A stretch of 64,000 bases of DNA from a virus (lineage: Duplodnaviria > Caudoviricetes), in IMG/VR virus record IMGVR_UViG_3300037067_012588; one strand, 5' to 3'. Position 1 is the first letter of the stretch. Each line of letters opens with the position of its first letter. Under the pieces are notes generated by a model. The model saw only the letters and a program-made list of their open reading frames with translations. It did no database searches and was not told the origin of the DNA. A program made the position numbers and the translations under genes. Below, piece by piece: positions 47,401 through 56,856 of the stretch.

Positions 47401-50400
47401 TTTTGCATTCTTCAAATCGTTCTCTGCCAACTCGATTTCTTTTTTTGCTGATGAACTGCTGCTTTTTGCCAAGCTAACCATTGATTCAAAAAGATTAACC
47501 CTTTCTTTAGCTAACCTTTCTTCCTCTACAGCAACATTTGCAAGCTCGTTCTGGGCAGTAATGGCCTCTGAGTTTCGTTTGTTAATGTTTGTTCCAATAG
47601 ATGATTTTGAAGCAATCGCTTCATCAATCTTCTTTTTACGTTCAAAGTTTGGATTTGCAAATTTTGACGTATCCCCTGCAGCTTGGAATTCTGCCTCATT
47701 TAAAGCATCAGCGGCATCTCGTGATTTTTCAGAAGCCTGTTCTTTGCTTTGTTTAGCAATTTCCCATTCTTTTGATACTTTCGAGAACGATGTGACAAGT
47801 TCGTCAGGAGAGATATCTCCAATACTCTTCTGAAGCTTATCGATTTTTGACTGAGCTTTTGATGCAATTTCTGCACCAATCCCTTCTTTACCTTCTTTAA
47901 ACTTAACCTCTCCAAGATCAATCGACAAGGAGTCTGTCAAAGAAGCAGCCAAAGAAGCTTCATCTGGTGTTGCTTTTTTCAATATGTTTGTTGCATCCTT
48001 TATTGCGGCAGCCATTTCCTCTGCTTTTTCAGGAGAACTCTTTTGAGCTTCAAGAATAGCGCTCTGAGCACGAGCCAAATCTGGACCAATTTGTGATGAA
48101 ATATCTGCTGCCGCTGCAAATGACGATTGGACATTTGCAATATTCCTCTCGAAAGCAGAACCATCAAACAAATCAGAACCAACCTCTGTCTCAAGTCCAG
48201 ACATGGAATTCCGTATTCCTGCTTTAAGTTCAGCTTGCGCAACAGACGGTATATCCTTGAAGTTTCCCGTCATTTTCAACATGCCATCCATGAATGTCGC
48301 AGCAGCCTCCATTTCAGCCTTGTGAAGCTTCGCCAACGCAGCAGCACGCATTTCAGGCTGCATGTCTGCGTCTTTTATTATCATATCTCGGGCACGCTTC
48401 AGTGCCCGCATTTGTTGTCCGTATCCAGCAGTAACTGCATCGGCCCCACTCTGAACAGCCTGTGCAAAATCAGTTGCTGTTCCACCAATAATTGAAAGAT
48501 TCTCAAGCTTCAGATTAGCAACATCAGCATTCATTTTCGCAAGCTGTGTAGAGGCTGAGTTCGCAGCAGAATCAATCAGCTTAAGAGCCTTTTCCATATG
48601 AAGGGCAGATTGTTGTGTCTTTCTCAAAGACACCATAAGATCACGTTCTGCCAAAGCAGCATCAAGAGTCGCTTGTGCTTTTTCACTTTCAGCTTTTAGG
48701 GTAGAATTTGACGTAACGAAATCAGAAAGTTTCGAGGTCATCTTCGACCAAACACCAGACCAAGCCTTACCAGCTTGCGATAGTTGATTTCCCCAAAACT
48801 TTAAATAACCAGATGCGTTGAACAATCCTAACGAAAACACCCGAACTGTTCCATTTATAACATTCCCAATCGATGAGTCATTGATATATTTAGCGGTATC
48901 TTTTAAAGATTCTCCAACAGTCTCTCCATATTTCCCAACAAGGACAAATGGCGAAATAGCAGCCGTCGCAACACCAGCAACAGCCCCGAGACCAACAGCA
49001 GCAGGTCCAACAACTCTCGTTAGAGCTCCAAAACCTTTAACAAGAGAACCTGTAACTCCTCCCAATCCAGCACCAACTTCAGAAATTGAACCACCTGCGG
49101 ATTTGACACCGCTCATCGTTGCCCGAACAAAACCTGATCCAGCTTCTTTTGACTTTCCATATCCCCCTAAAAATGAACGAGAAGCTGTCGATTTTATCAA
49201 CGAAGCTTTGTCACGAATACTTACACCAGTTCCTTTTGTTTTTCCACCAACAGGACCTATTCCACTTTTACTTGCAATCTCTTCATTGACCTTAAGAATC
49301 TGTTGCAAAAGCTTTATTTGCGCTTTTGCCGCAATCCACACTCCAAAAACTCCACCGCCAACCTTCAATGTAGACCCAGCTATCTGTCCGAGCTTGAGAA
49401 CAGTCGGAGGAAATGACGAAGCAATTGCGTTTTGAATATCTGTCTCAATACGCTGAGCTTCGTCAAGTTTCTTCAGAATTTCCTTGTCACCTTCTGGTAT
49501 CCCTTCTTTTCCCTCTTTCTTTTCACCTCCAAGAAGTCCAGCCATCTGAAGCTCTATAGCCTGAGAAACCTTACCCTTTTCTGCCAATGCAAACCATGCT
49601 GCTGTTTGATCGTCCAACGAAGCTGTTATAGAAATATCCGTATCGAGAGTCGGAATCTCTTTGAGAAGGTCTATGAAATTCTGAAGGTTTCTGGTCGGAT
49701 CATCACCAAAAGCCTCACGCAATGATTCGCCAGCCTCAACCAAATCATCAAAAGAAGCAAGTCCGTTCGATACTCCTTCCTTGACAACATTGAAGAAATC
49801 AACACCCTCATTTTTTGTCAGTGCAAGTTCATTGCGAAGCTCTTCAAGCTCTTCGTAATCTCCGACAAGAGAAGTGTTGGACAAATTTCTCGTCGCAATG
49901 TCAAATTTGGCAAACTCCTTCGCCGTCTCTGCGACTCGCTCCGACAACTCATTAATCTTCGATGCAGCAAACACAACGGCAATACCAGCAGCCAATGCTC
50001 CTGTTGCTGTCCCGCCAAGACCAGCAGCAAAGTTCTTCGCCTCAGAAGATGCCTCATGGTTGGCGTGTCCAAAAAATGTTGTGTTCTTTTCTGCCTCTTC
50101 AATCTCCTTTGAATAACTCTCAAGAGAATCAACAACCTCATCAATTGTCTTGACCGTGACCTGATAACTCTCAATTGTATCATTAAGAGTATCATTGTAA
50201 GCCTTCTGCTTAGCCTCTTCTATTTTTATCGAACTTACAGCTTTTCCGCTGGCAGTAGCAGAAGCCATTAATTTCATAGCCACATCATTTGCAGCATTTT
50301 GTGCCCGAGTTAAATCTTCAACCGTAATCAACTGATTTTTCAGAACATTGAGATATTCCTCTTCAGCTTTTTTCTTTCCAAGCCCTTCAGCATTCGCCTT

Positions 50401-50559
50401 AGCCCTTGCAGCTTGAGCATCGGATGTCGCCTTGAGAACCTTAGCATATGTCTCTTCAACTTGAATAGCCGACAAAACCCCTTTCATCTGCTTTGAAATT
50501 GCAGACGAAGCTTCATTAACATTTTTGATTTTCAGTTGGTCGTTAATGTCAAGCGGCAT
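44482..50559 (-). CDS. tail tape measure protein
   Basis: 2025 aa, Ala/Lys/Glu-rich helical, Gly-rich hydrophobic segments, follows the chaperone-like genes. Confidence 0.85.
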   Translation of the reverse strand: MPLDINDQLKIKNVNEASSAISKQMKGVLSAIQVEETYAKVLKATSDAQAARAKANAEGLGKKKAEEEYLNVLKNQLITVEDLTRAQNAANDVAMKLMASATASGKAVSSIKIEEAKQKAYNDTLNDTIESYQVTVKTIDEVVDSLESYSKEIEEAEKNTTFFGHANHEASSEAKNFAAGLGGTATGALAAGIAVVFAASKINELSERVAETAKEFAKFDIATRNLSNTSLVGDYEELEELRNELALTKNEGVDFFNVVKEGVSNGLASFDDLVEAGESLREAFGDDPTRNLQNFIDLLKEIPTLDTDISITASLDDQTAAWFALAEKGKVSQAIELQMAGLLGGEKKEGKEGIPEGDKEILKKLDEAQRIETDIQNAIASSFPPTVLKLGQIAGSTLKVGGGVFGVWIAAKAQIKLLQQILKVNEEIASKSGIGPVGGKTKGTGVSIRDKASLIKSTASRSFLGGYGKSKEAGSGFVRATMSGVKSAGGSISEVGAGLGGVTGSLVKGFGALTRVVGPAAVGLGAVAGVATAAISPFVLVGKYGETVGESLKDTAKYINDSSIGNVINGTVRVFSLGLFNASGYLKFWGNQLSQAGKAWSGVWSKMTSKLSDFVTSNSTLKAESEKAQATLDAALAERDLMVSLRKTQQSALHMEKALKLIDSAANSASTQLAKMNADVANLKLENLSIIGGTATDFAQAVQSGADAVTAGYGQQMRALKRARDMIIKDADMQPEMRAAALAKLHKAEMEAAATFMDGMLKMTGNFKDIPSVAQAELKAGIRNSMSGLETEVGSDLFDGSAFERNIANVQSSFAAAADISSQIGPDLARAQSAILEAQKSSPEKAEEMAAAIKDATNILKKATPDEASLAASLTDSLSIDLGEVKFKEGKEGIGAEIASKAQSKIDKLQKSIGDISPDELVTSFSKVSKEWEIAKQSKEQASEKSRDAADALNEAEFQAAGDTSKFANPNFERKKKIDEAIASKSSIGTNINKRNSEAITAQNELANVAVEEERLAKERVNLFESMVSLAKSSSSSAKKEIELAENDLKNAKKSNAKKEEIDKIETRIVNLSKRHLGSVSKERVAIQRRIEALKSIKDSAEKASALQKAQNDLLMLEKKSVESMVSSIKSVLASLDSLVAGVENDPTIVYMKRETELLKQKSELAMLNGKGAAEFAAGLQSETDTIRKQISIADRSIALLDEVSKGGDTMNKALENIGGTYETAKKSLHEIFMSGNDESKVGLTKTKIKRTDNSGKMVEEEVSFSDALDSQIDGMKESYSKLRAASKDGNKDQQKAAAEEIRAKRSAFNETLNAMKAIYKKNTGKEMDTSAIEAQFDSVQTVTIGLAGGVEKAKTQLLTSKNKFTKELQEIGHKWDDFISSLGSTEMQRTAKAAQEAASAQIELAIAYGDGAKAGEAFTAASMAITAGVEDMLKNLKDARDNAEKDFSAKRDKIKKDGGPEAAVALEATRLQYIKTMADITAQEESIKLKGLRDTVAASRQVVEAQNKSVEIASESIQDQVSFLEDIGGSYEEIFALKSKEIALQSQRVKSEQENVARIEALKAQGVNVEMDLMQARVDLQKAQNKLQKDSMTAQRDAYEKMVGMAFGAIRSSRGARKLMDQEARFVGRGKVQTSGGLYLQGKAKTLEAQKLEIGQKLAMEAPRKTGQEVASRELSVNVVNAALNGNKNQTAIDIANGTKQGMSAVTPALTEGTRQTGNDVKEGMKPMADGIGSLLDVQRRAAGSLGSIASSQAKMVGLMSSTTGINPVEKAAPETTSSDAVVNQAGIVESIRDLRAGIEIFNTTMKESKIDAGLKEVAISIKELKDGIELFDSKLSGKEKPVTEITSPLDAVEGLVRDLISGIDLASAETVTRVSPSEKPESGSDFKSALEEMSNTITDKVGIAIKDLRDGLDFVAAKLDLGNTMDSLFRELKDGIDFARSKTGNEATQGPQYPSENYAAILAKLSESALTPQRMDVAVDGRVTIEFNNNMFKSAVVDIVSRELGQTGALTTAFDQRYPAKGQ

Positions 50560-50577
50560 AATTCAGGTCCCCCAATG

Positions 50578-51171
50578 TTACTGCAAAAGAATCTCTGTCT
50601 CAAACCTTGAGAGGACAATATCCAAAATCGTCGGATGCAACTTGTCGATGAACTTAACAGACTCATCATCAAGAGCTCCACGATCATTGAATTCCAAAAC
50701 AATCGGCTGTCCATCATCTCCACGAACACTCCATCTCTTCAAATGGAAGATTATAAGGAAATTACGCATCCTTACAGGGTCGACCAACATACGACCAAGA
50801 TTCTTGTCGAAAATCATCGACTTCTGACGATACGATGAAATTTCGTCATACGAAGGACGACTAAACTCAAACCATTCTTCTGTTCCACTAAGAAATGCCA
50901 ACTTAGACAAATCGATATTGAATTCCTTCAGAGCGATATTGACAATCTCCCCTGAACGCTTATTGAACAAAACAACAATCTCAACCTTGACTCGATCATC
51001 AGACTTGATGAAAAACTTCGGACGAGCAATAACATCAGGAACTCCCTGATCCTCTTCTTCTTTCTTAGATTCAACAACAGCAATCACATTCTGAGCACTC
51101 ACCTTATTCCCAGACATACGCTCCTGCGTTGTGTTCTGATTCTCAACAACTTCTTTATCTTCAGACATCAT
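50578..51171 (-). CDS. tail assembly chaperone-like protein (paralog C)
   Basis: WFEFSRPSYDE...FHLKRWSV...LHP.I; immediately before the TMP. Confidence 0.65.
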   Translation of the reverse strand: MMSEDKEVVENQNTTQERMSGNKVSAQNVIAVVESKKEEEDQGVPDVIARPKFFIKSDDRVKVEIVVLFNKRSGEIVNIALKEFNIDLSKLAFLSGTEEWFEFSRPSYDEISSYRQKSMIFDKNLGRMLVDPVRMRNFLIIFHLKRWSVRGDDGQPIVLEFNDRGALDDESVKFIDKLHPTILDIVLSRFETEILLQ

Positions 51172-51179
51172 AACTCTCC

Positions 51180-52010
51180 TCAAGCAAAAGTAATAATATC
51201 ACCAACCGACCCACCAGAGGGTGGCAGTGCAGACACAAAAGTATGAGTATATGTCGCCAACTCAGTTGGCGATGTGCTAAACCCATTAGAACCAGTTGTT
51301 CCAGATGTAATCGTTGCAGTCGCAGTCTTAATTGCAACAACCTCCAATTTTTGAATAGCAAGATATGTCGAGACTGTCAATGAAACATCCATCGTTCCAA
51401 TTCTCATATACAACGGTAGAAGTCCAGAAACATTTCCATACATGGGCGTTACTGTTTGGTTTATACTCAATGACCAATCCTTCAAATCATTGATCGAAGC
51501 CGAACCAGTATACCAATACGCCATTGGTGGTTCATAAGTTGCTGAAGATGGGTCTCCATGAGTTGGAGTAAACCCTGCACCATCAACCCAATCATTCTTC
51601 GAATTAAACGACAACGAACCACTCACAAGACCACCTGTTGAACCAGCAAGTGAAGCTGTCGTCATATAACAGTCTCGCATCAACAGCCCACCCTCTCCAG
51701 CATCTATACGAACTTCAAAACGAACACCTCGTTTTGAAAATATGGCAATCATGGCATCCAAAGCACTATCAGTACAATCGAAAGAGAATGAACCAGAAGA
51801 AGAAAGGATTCCGTCCGCATAGGCAAATTTCGACCGAACAGCAGCACCAGAACCACTTGTTGGCGGAGGCATGTCAATACCGACAAGTGTTGGGGTTGTC
51901 TTATCCACTTGAAAAGAAGCACTTGTTGCCAAAATCTGCACAGGAGTGCCATCATTGACAACAATCTGTACCGCACCTTCATATCCAAGTTTTTTGACAT
52001 CAGCCGACAT
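51180..52010 (-). CDS. tail tube-like protein (paralog 3)
   Basis: LGYEG N-terminus, SLAGSTGGLVSGSL, P.AYW.T, DWSLSINQ. Confidence 0.6.
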   Translation of the reverse strand: MSADVKKLGYEGAVQIVVNDGTPVQILATSASFQVDKTTPTLVGIDMPPPTSGSGAAVRSKFAYADGILSSSGSFSFDCTDSALDAMIAIFSKRGVRFEVRIDAGEGGLLMRDCYMTTASLAGSTGGLVSGSLSFNSKNDWVDGAGFTPTHGDPSSATYEPPMAYWYTGSASINDLKDWSLSINQTVTPMYGNVSGLLPLYMRIGTMDVSLTVSTYLAIQKLEVVAIKTATATITSGTTGSNGFSTSPTELATYTHTFVSALPPSGGSVGDIITFA

Positions 52011-52011
52011 A

Positions 52012-52701
52012 TTACTTTCCCTTGCTCTTCTTCTTCGCAGACCGCATCTTTGCCGACATCACGGAGTTCTCTCGATGTACCATCATCCTCAATCTCAAAA
52101 ACTCCCTATACGGAAGCTCTCGCAAATCTTTCCTGTTCAATCCAAACTTGTCCCAAAAATTTGACGAAACACAATACAAAGCTATCGTCTCGCAAGGTTC
52201 TGCCACACCGCTTGAATGTTCCGAGAACAACATCGCACACTGCTTCTCAATTTCAAGTTGATCGCCCTCGTCTGGAAAAATATCTGTCTCGTATTTCGCA
52301 GCCAAACTCATCATCAGCGGACCAGACAATGAACATACTTCTTCAAAACATTCATCCGTCAACCAACCAGTTTCATTATCAAAAGAAAGCACAACATCCA
52401 AATTCCAAGAGCGAAGAAATCGCCTCACAAACTGTCTTCTTAACTCATATATATCAACATACGAAGTTACGTCCCTCCCGCCGCCCAGCTCCACTCGAAT
52501 AGTAAGTTCACTCTCCAATCCCCAATATTCCTCACATGATGCCCTCGAAAACTTAGCCTGAACGGTTCCAAGCCCTTCAGGACAAGGAAGACAGACCCCA
52601 TTATGGAATACGGCAGGGATAGATATACAGACACTCTTGGGAGCCATTAGCGCCCGCCATTCACGCCCTATAGCTTCACTCACCACATTCGAGGACTGCA
52701 T
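52012..52701 (-). CDS. tail assembly chaperone-like protein (paralog B)
   Basis: AKFSRASCEE...FLRSWNL; C-terminal LRELPY.EF; start uncertain. Confidence 0.6.
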   Translation of the reverse strand: MQSSNVVSEAIGREWRALMAPKSVCISIPAVFHNGVCLPCPEGLGTVQAKFSRASCEEYWGLESELTIRVELGGGRDVTSYVDIYELRRQFVRRFLRSWNLDVVLSFDNETGWLTDECFEEVCSLSGPLMMSLAAKYETDIFPDEGDQLEIEKQCAMLFSEHSSGVAEPCETIALYCVSSNFWDKFGLNRKDLRELPYREFLRLRMMVHRENSVMSAKMRSAKKKSKGK

Positions 52702-53167
52702 TCATAGACTCCAAGACAAACCGAATAATACTCGGAAACAAACTCGTAAACGCTTTCCACCCTTCGTCAGCAAGGACACCATTCACATGAAGAAGCTTCA
52801 ACTTGTCGTTCGCTTTGTCAAATGACCAACTCAACATCAACCGCTGTACCTTCAACCGATTCAGATAGTCATTGTCAACAATATGAATCTTCTTGAGCGG
52901 GTCGAAAATCGTCGCCATCTTCCGAAGCTCAACCTCCTCGTTGAATGTCCAAATCCTGAACTCAACCCAGTGGTCTTCTCCTCCAGACTCAGGCTTAATC
53001 ACAACCCATCGCCCTTCTCGCTCCACGAGTCCGAAGCGAACCTTGAATGTCTTGTCCTTTGTTACAACATATTTTCCAGGACCTTGAAGCTTCTCGTCCA
53101 GACGCTCTCCAACAACATTGAACTTTTCACCTTTTTCTTCTGGCTTCTTTGACGACTCAATTTTCAT
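52676..53167 (-). CDS. tail assembly chaperone-like protein (paralog A)
   Basis: WVEFRIWTFNEE...LMLSWSF...LFPSI. Confidence 0.6.
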   Translation of the reverse strand: MKIESSKKPEEKGEKFNVVGERLDEKLQGPGKYVVTKDKTFKVRFGLVEREGRWVVIKPESGGEDHWVEFRIWTFNEEVELRKMATIFDPLKKIHIVDNDYLNRLKVQRLMLSWSFDKANDKLKLLHVNGVLADEGWKAFTSLFPSIIRFVLESMNAVLECGE

Positions 53168-53287
53168 ATCTTACCCCCAAATGAAACAGCACAGCACCCA
53201 TATGGAAAATGGGCAACGCTGTGCCGAGAATAGGTTCATCAGATTTTATTTTATATTGCCGCATTTCTGCGAACCACAAGGCACAAC

Positions 53288-54106
53288 TCAAGCAGTCGTA
53301 AATCCATACAACTGGAACTGCATTGGGAAACTCAAAATGTCGCTTGACGATTTCAATGGCTGATTGGTATTGTTCAACTCAGCATCTGGGAACGTCATAA
53401 CTGTTCCACCAATTGTCACAGCGGGCGACATCATATCATCTGGCGTTGCAACATTCAAAAGACTCTCCACAGACAAATCACCAGTCAGCGGACCAACAGC
53501 AATATACTTTGGAGCAGCAGCCTCTATTGTACTTCCGCTTCCCTGACATGTGAAAACCTTTACAACATCTTGATTGAAGTTTATCGACCAGTTGATACAG
53601 TCTCCAAGAGATACTGTTGTCTTCCAATACGGCAACGGCTTCAACTCAAAAACAACTGGTGTCACCACGCCACCTGCAGACGGAGGAGTCGGATAAACTA
53701 CACCGTTTACAATCGTCGCTGTCAAACCTGTCGCAGATAGTGAACCAGTCACTAACGAACCAACGGAACCAGACAAACTTATCGATGACCAATATGCATG
53801 GGAAAATATACCCGATGCTCCCGTACTGGGATAAACAGCGAATGGAAGAGAGGTATTACGTCCAGTAATCCAACCCAAAAGAATCCCAAGAAGTGTTCCA
53901 CTTTCATCCAGCTCAAAATCCAAGGAACCCTCATAGTTTGGATAGTCATACTGATGAGGAACACCCATACCAACAGAACCACCAGAGGCTGTTTGACCAC
54001 CAAACGAAGCCCCCGAGTCCATCCGGTTGCGGGTCTTTGTGACCCCGCCTCCGGTGAACAAGAAGGTTGTCGTCCCAATCGTTGCGTGTCCAAGATATCC
54101 GAGCAT
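53288..54106 (-). CDS. tail tube-like protein (paralog 2)
   Basis: LGYLG, YEGSL.FE, SLSGSVGSLVTGSL, PLPYWKT, NWSINFNQ. Confidence 0.65.
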   Translation of the reverse strand: MLGYLGHATIGTTTFLFTGGGVTKTRNRMDSGASFGGQTASGGSVGMGVPHQYDYPNYEGSLDFELDESGTLLGILLGWITGRNTSLPFAVYPSTGASGIFSHAYWSSISLSGSVGSLVTGSLSATGLTATIVNGVVYPTPPSAGGVVTPVVFELKPLPYWKTTVSLGDCINWSINFNQDVVKVFTCQGSGSTIEAAAPKYIAVGPLTGDLSVESLLNVATPDDMMSPAVTIGGTVMTFPDAELNNTNQPLKSSSDILSFPMQFQLYGFTTA

Positions 54107-54124
54107 GGATATTTGCCCCTTTTC

Positions 54125-55520
54125 TTATGCGTACACAATGTCCGGGTCACTCATGATGTGCGGCGGCATCAACGTGCCAGTCGAAGTCGTACAACGACCA
54201 CCGAGACCCTTGATTGTAAACGCACGGGTCGTCGGTTCGCTCTGACCCTTCAAACCGAAATCTTCCGACTCAACAACAACAGCAGGCAGCTCAACATAAT
54301 ACATGTTCGGCGTCACACCGTCCGCACGAACGCCCTGAATCGCAACACGGAACACAGTGTTCTGCGCATACAGGAAAGGATTGTCAGGTGTTCCAGTGCC
54401 AGGAGGATTCGGACCAATGATCGGGTCAAGAACACCTGTCGGGTTGAACAGCGTTACGTTACCAGAAGCACTGATAGCACCCATCAGAACAGCTTTTGCC
54501 TCACGAGAACCACCACAAGTATACATGATGTTGTGATTGTTATTACGTTCAACACTCCAATCCATAACAGAAAGGTCACTTTGAATCGTTGTCCCACCAA
54601 TAAACGGCTCATACGTTGACGTGAAACCCGTCAAAAGCTGTGCATTGGTACGCCAGAACGGAATCGGGTCAGTGTTACGACCCGAAGGATTCAACGGGAA
54701 CGTCTCAGCCAACTCAGCACATGTCGTCACACCCGTAATCTGTTCGATATATGGCTTTCCAGCAGAAACGTCTTCTTCACGAGTCAATGCAACCACCCCA
54801 ATATCACCCGTCACCAAACTACCTGGCGAGGTCGACATCGAGACACTTGTACAGAATGCACCACGGTTGTCAAAAGCTTGCGGCGAGCCACCTGTCGCCC
54901 AATAGTGATAGACTCTGTTACCATCAACAGAAATATCACAAGAACGAGCATAAGCACGGTTGTATACGCCCCACTGACGAATCGTTTCCCAAAGATTCGC
55001 ATTACCCTGCCACTCAACACTCACAGAACCTTCGTACCGAATAGCTCCATCAGCATAGTGAGCGGCTTCTGGTGCATTGAACCAACCAGCACCCCAGACT
55101 GCGCTGGAATACAGCGGTTCAAGCGTCAAATTCACGCTACCTCCTGTTGCCAGCAACAAAACAGGGTCACTCGGAGGAACGGGGGTTCCTGCGAACGGCG
55201 TTCCAAGTGTCCGGAACACTTTTATGAAGCCCATGTCACTCTGTTACTTCAGCCTTTCGGCTTACTAACCACCTTTCGATGGCGGAGAGAACACTTCGAT
55301 TCTCTCTCTCCCCTTTATAAAAACAGGTATGGGGGAGTTCAGACTGTCGCATACACCAACTCAGATACTTGACTCGTCTAAGCCTTTTCCCTGAGTTGTG
55401 CCTCCGGCACTCAGTCGTTCACGCTGCACGGTTTCCCTGCTTGCGCCCTGTCGCCCGCTGTTCGGGCTTCCAAGTCAATCAGCCGAAGTTGAGATGGGCC
55501 ATCATCTAGCCCATAGACAT
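54125..55520 (-). CDS. major tail tube-like protein, spliced: join(55508..55520, 54125..55236), 374 aa
   Basis: AGGAGG SD before ATG at 55520; spliced start MSMGYMGFIK restores the GYxG motif of the paralogs; YEGSVSVE, SMSTSPGSLVT, PIPFWRT, DWSVE. Confidence 0.8.
55237..55507 (-). ncRNA. ORF-less group I intron (271 nt)
   Basis: P1 AUGGGCU/GGCCCAU with U.G at the 5' splice site; P3 CUUCGGC/GCCGGAG; P7 GACUG/CAGUC; P8 CAACUCAG/CUGAGUUG; two GAAA-tetraloop P9 hairpins; terminal G. Confidence 0.9.
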
Positions 55521-55534
55521 AATAAAATATCCTC

Positions 55535-56324
55535 CTATTTCATCATCCGAAAGTATTCGTCGAAAACATTTTTCTTTCTTCGGAGGCAAATTCCTCCCAC
55601 ACCATACGCAATGTTATAAAACTTTTTTGTACTCTCGATACTCGAACACTCAATGTTTCCGCAAGTGTTCCGAACCTTGAACGCACTCCAACCAAAATAC
55701 ATCCCAAATTTCTCCCAGAACGTGTTTTGAATTTGTCCAAGAGGGTCGATATGCCCAGTTATTCTAACTCGTAAACGTCCATTGTGAATGTCAACACACC
55801 CATCACCGTCAAAAAAACCACGAATGAAATGGCAATATGTGTTCTCTCCCATCAATGGTATCCTGAATCCATCTCTTCCTTTTCTGCGACAAAGCCCACA
55901 GGATTCGAACTTCTTCTTGATTCTTGCTGGAATTGTTATACGGAGATTATCTCCTATGTTTCCCAACAGAGATACCACAAATTCCTGCTATTTCACAAAC
56001 AAGGTCTCCATCTTTAAGTTCCAACAACAGATTTCCACCAAGACTTCCATCAGCACAACAAAGACCAAAAAGATAAGACTCAAAATCAGACAAACCTATA
56101 GAGCTGTTATTATCAACAACACAATTAGCCCTTAAAAACGTCTTTTTTCGACAACGAGTTTGAGCTATCTTTTTTGCACCATCAATTTGGCATGACGAAT
56201 AATAACGATACCTACCAATAACCTTCTGAGGAACAAAAATTCCTTTCAAATGCCAATATCGAACAACCGTTGTTGTTACTCCAACTGAAGATGCAAAATC
56301 TCCAATCTTCAATTCTGCATTCAT
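55535..56324 (-). pseudogene. MerR-type HTH + two-motif LAGLIDADG homing endonuclease, frameshifted near 55950-55975
   Basis: IGDFA...GVT...VRYW HTH; YLFGLCCADG in one frame and FIRGFFDGDG in the +1 frame; LRRK C-terminus. Confidence 0.8.
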
Positions 56325-56325
56325 A

Positions 56326-56856
56326 TTAGCCCTCAAGAAGCTTCGCAATACGAACAAGCTCTTTCGCAACTTTGCTGTTCACGAAAATCCGTCCTGGCGC
56401 ACGCTTCACAATCGACGGGTCTTGACCAAGCTGCTCCTCACGATTGTATTCACCCCTATCATGAACAAGATTTTCCATTTCTGGTGTCAATTTGAACCCA
56501 GCCCTTGTAATCGGGTTCGAAAGCTCTGTCTCCAGCTTGTCCTTGACCTTTTGATTCGTCCTCTTGAAGAGCTGAATCGCATACTTTGGAAGCAACTTCT
56601 TCAACGTTCCCTTATCCGTGTTGCTCATCACACCAAGCAAATAACGAACAATAATATCCGCAACAGCTCTCGCATCTGGCTTGTTGAACCCACTCATGTT
56701 TTTGTAAATCGTTGTGCGGATAGACTTTTCATCATTCGTCTGTCTTTCGTAAAGCATTCGCATTGCGATTTCGAGCCAATAATCATCATGCTCAAGTTTA
56801 TGACGCATGAATTCGACAAGAACTTTGTCTTTTCCGCTAAAAGCAACGATATTCAT
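56326..56856 (-). CDS. hypothetical protein with C-terminal AKELVRIAKLL motif
   Basis: LYERQTNDE...N.SGF...DA...KYAIQL core. Confidence 0.7.
   Translation of the reverse strand: MNIVAFSGKDKVLVEFMRHKLEHDDYWLEIAMRMLYERQTNDEKSIRTTIYKNMSGFNKPDARAVADIIVRYLLGVMSNTDKGTLKKLLPKYAIQLFKRTNQKVKDKLETELSNPITRAGFKLTPEMENLVHDRGEYNREEQLGQDPSIVKRAPGRIFVNSKVAKELVRIAKLLEG

Noticed and set aside
52676-52701. Lambda G/GT-style programmed -1 frameshift between chaperone genes
   Set aside because: No X XXY YYZ slippery heptamer seen at the overlap, and the downstream ORF looks like a complete paralog
55958-55964. GGGAAAC as a canonical -1 slippery site in the LAGLIDADG gene
   Set aside because: It is read GGG AAA C in the upstream frame and the required shift is +1, so the phase is wrong for -1 slippage
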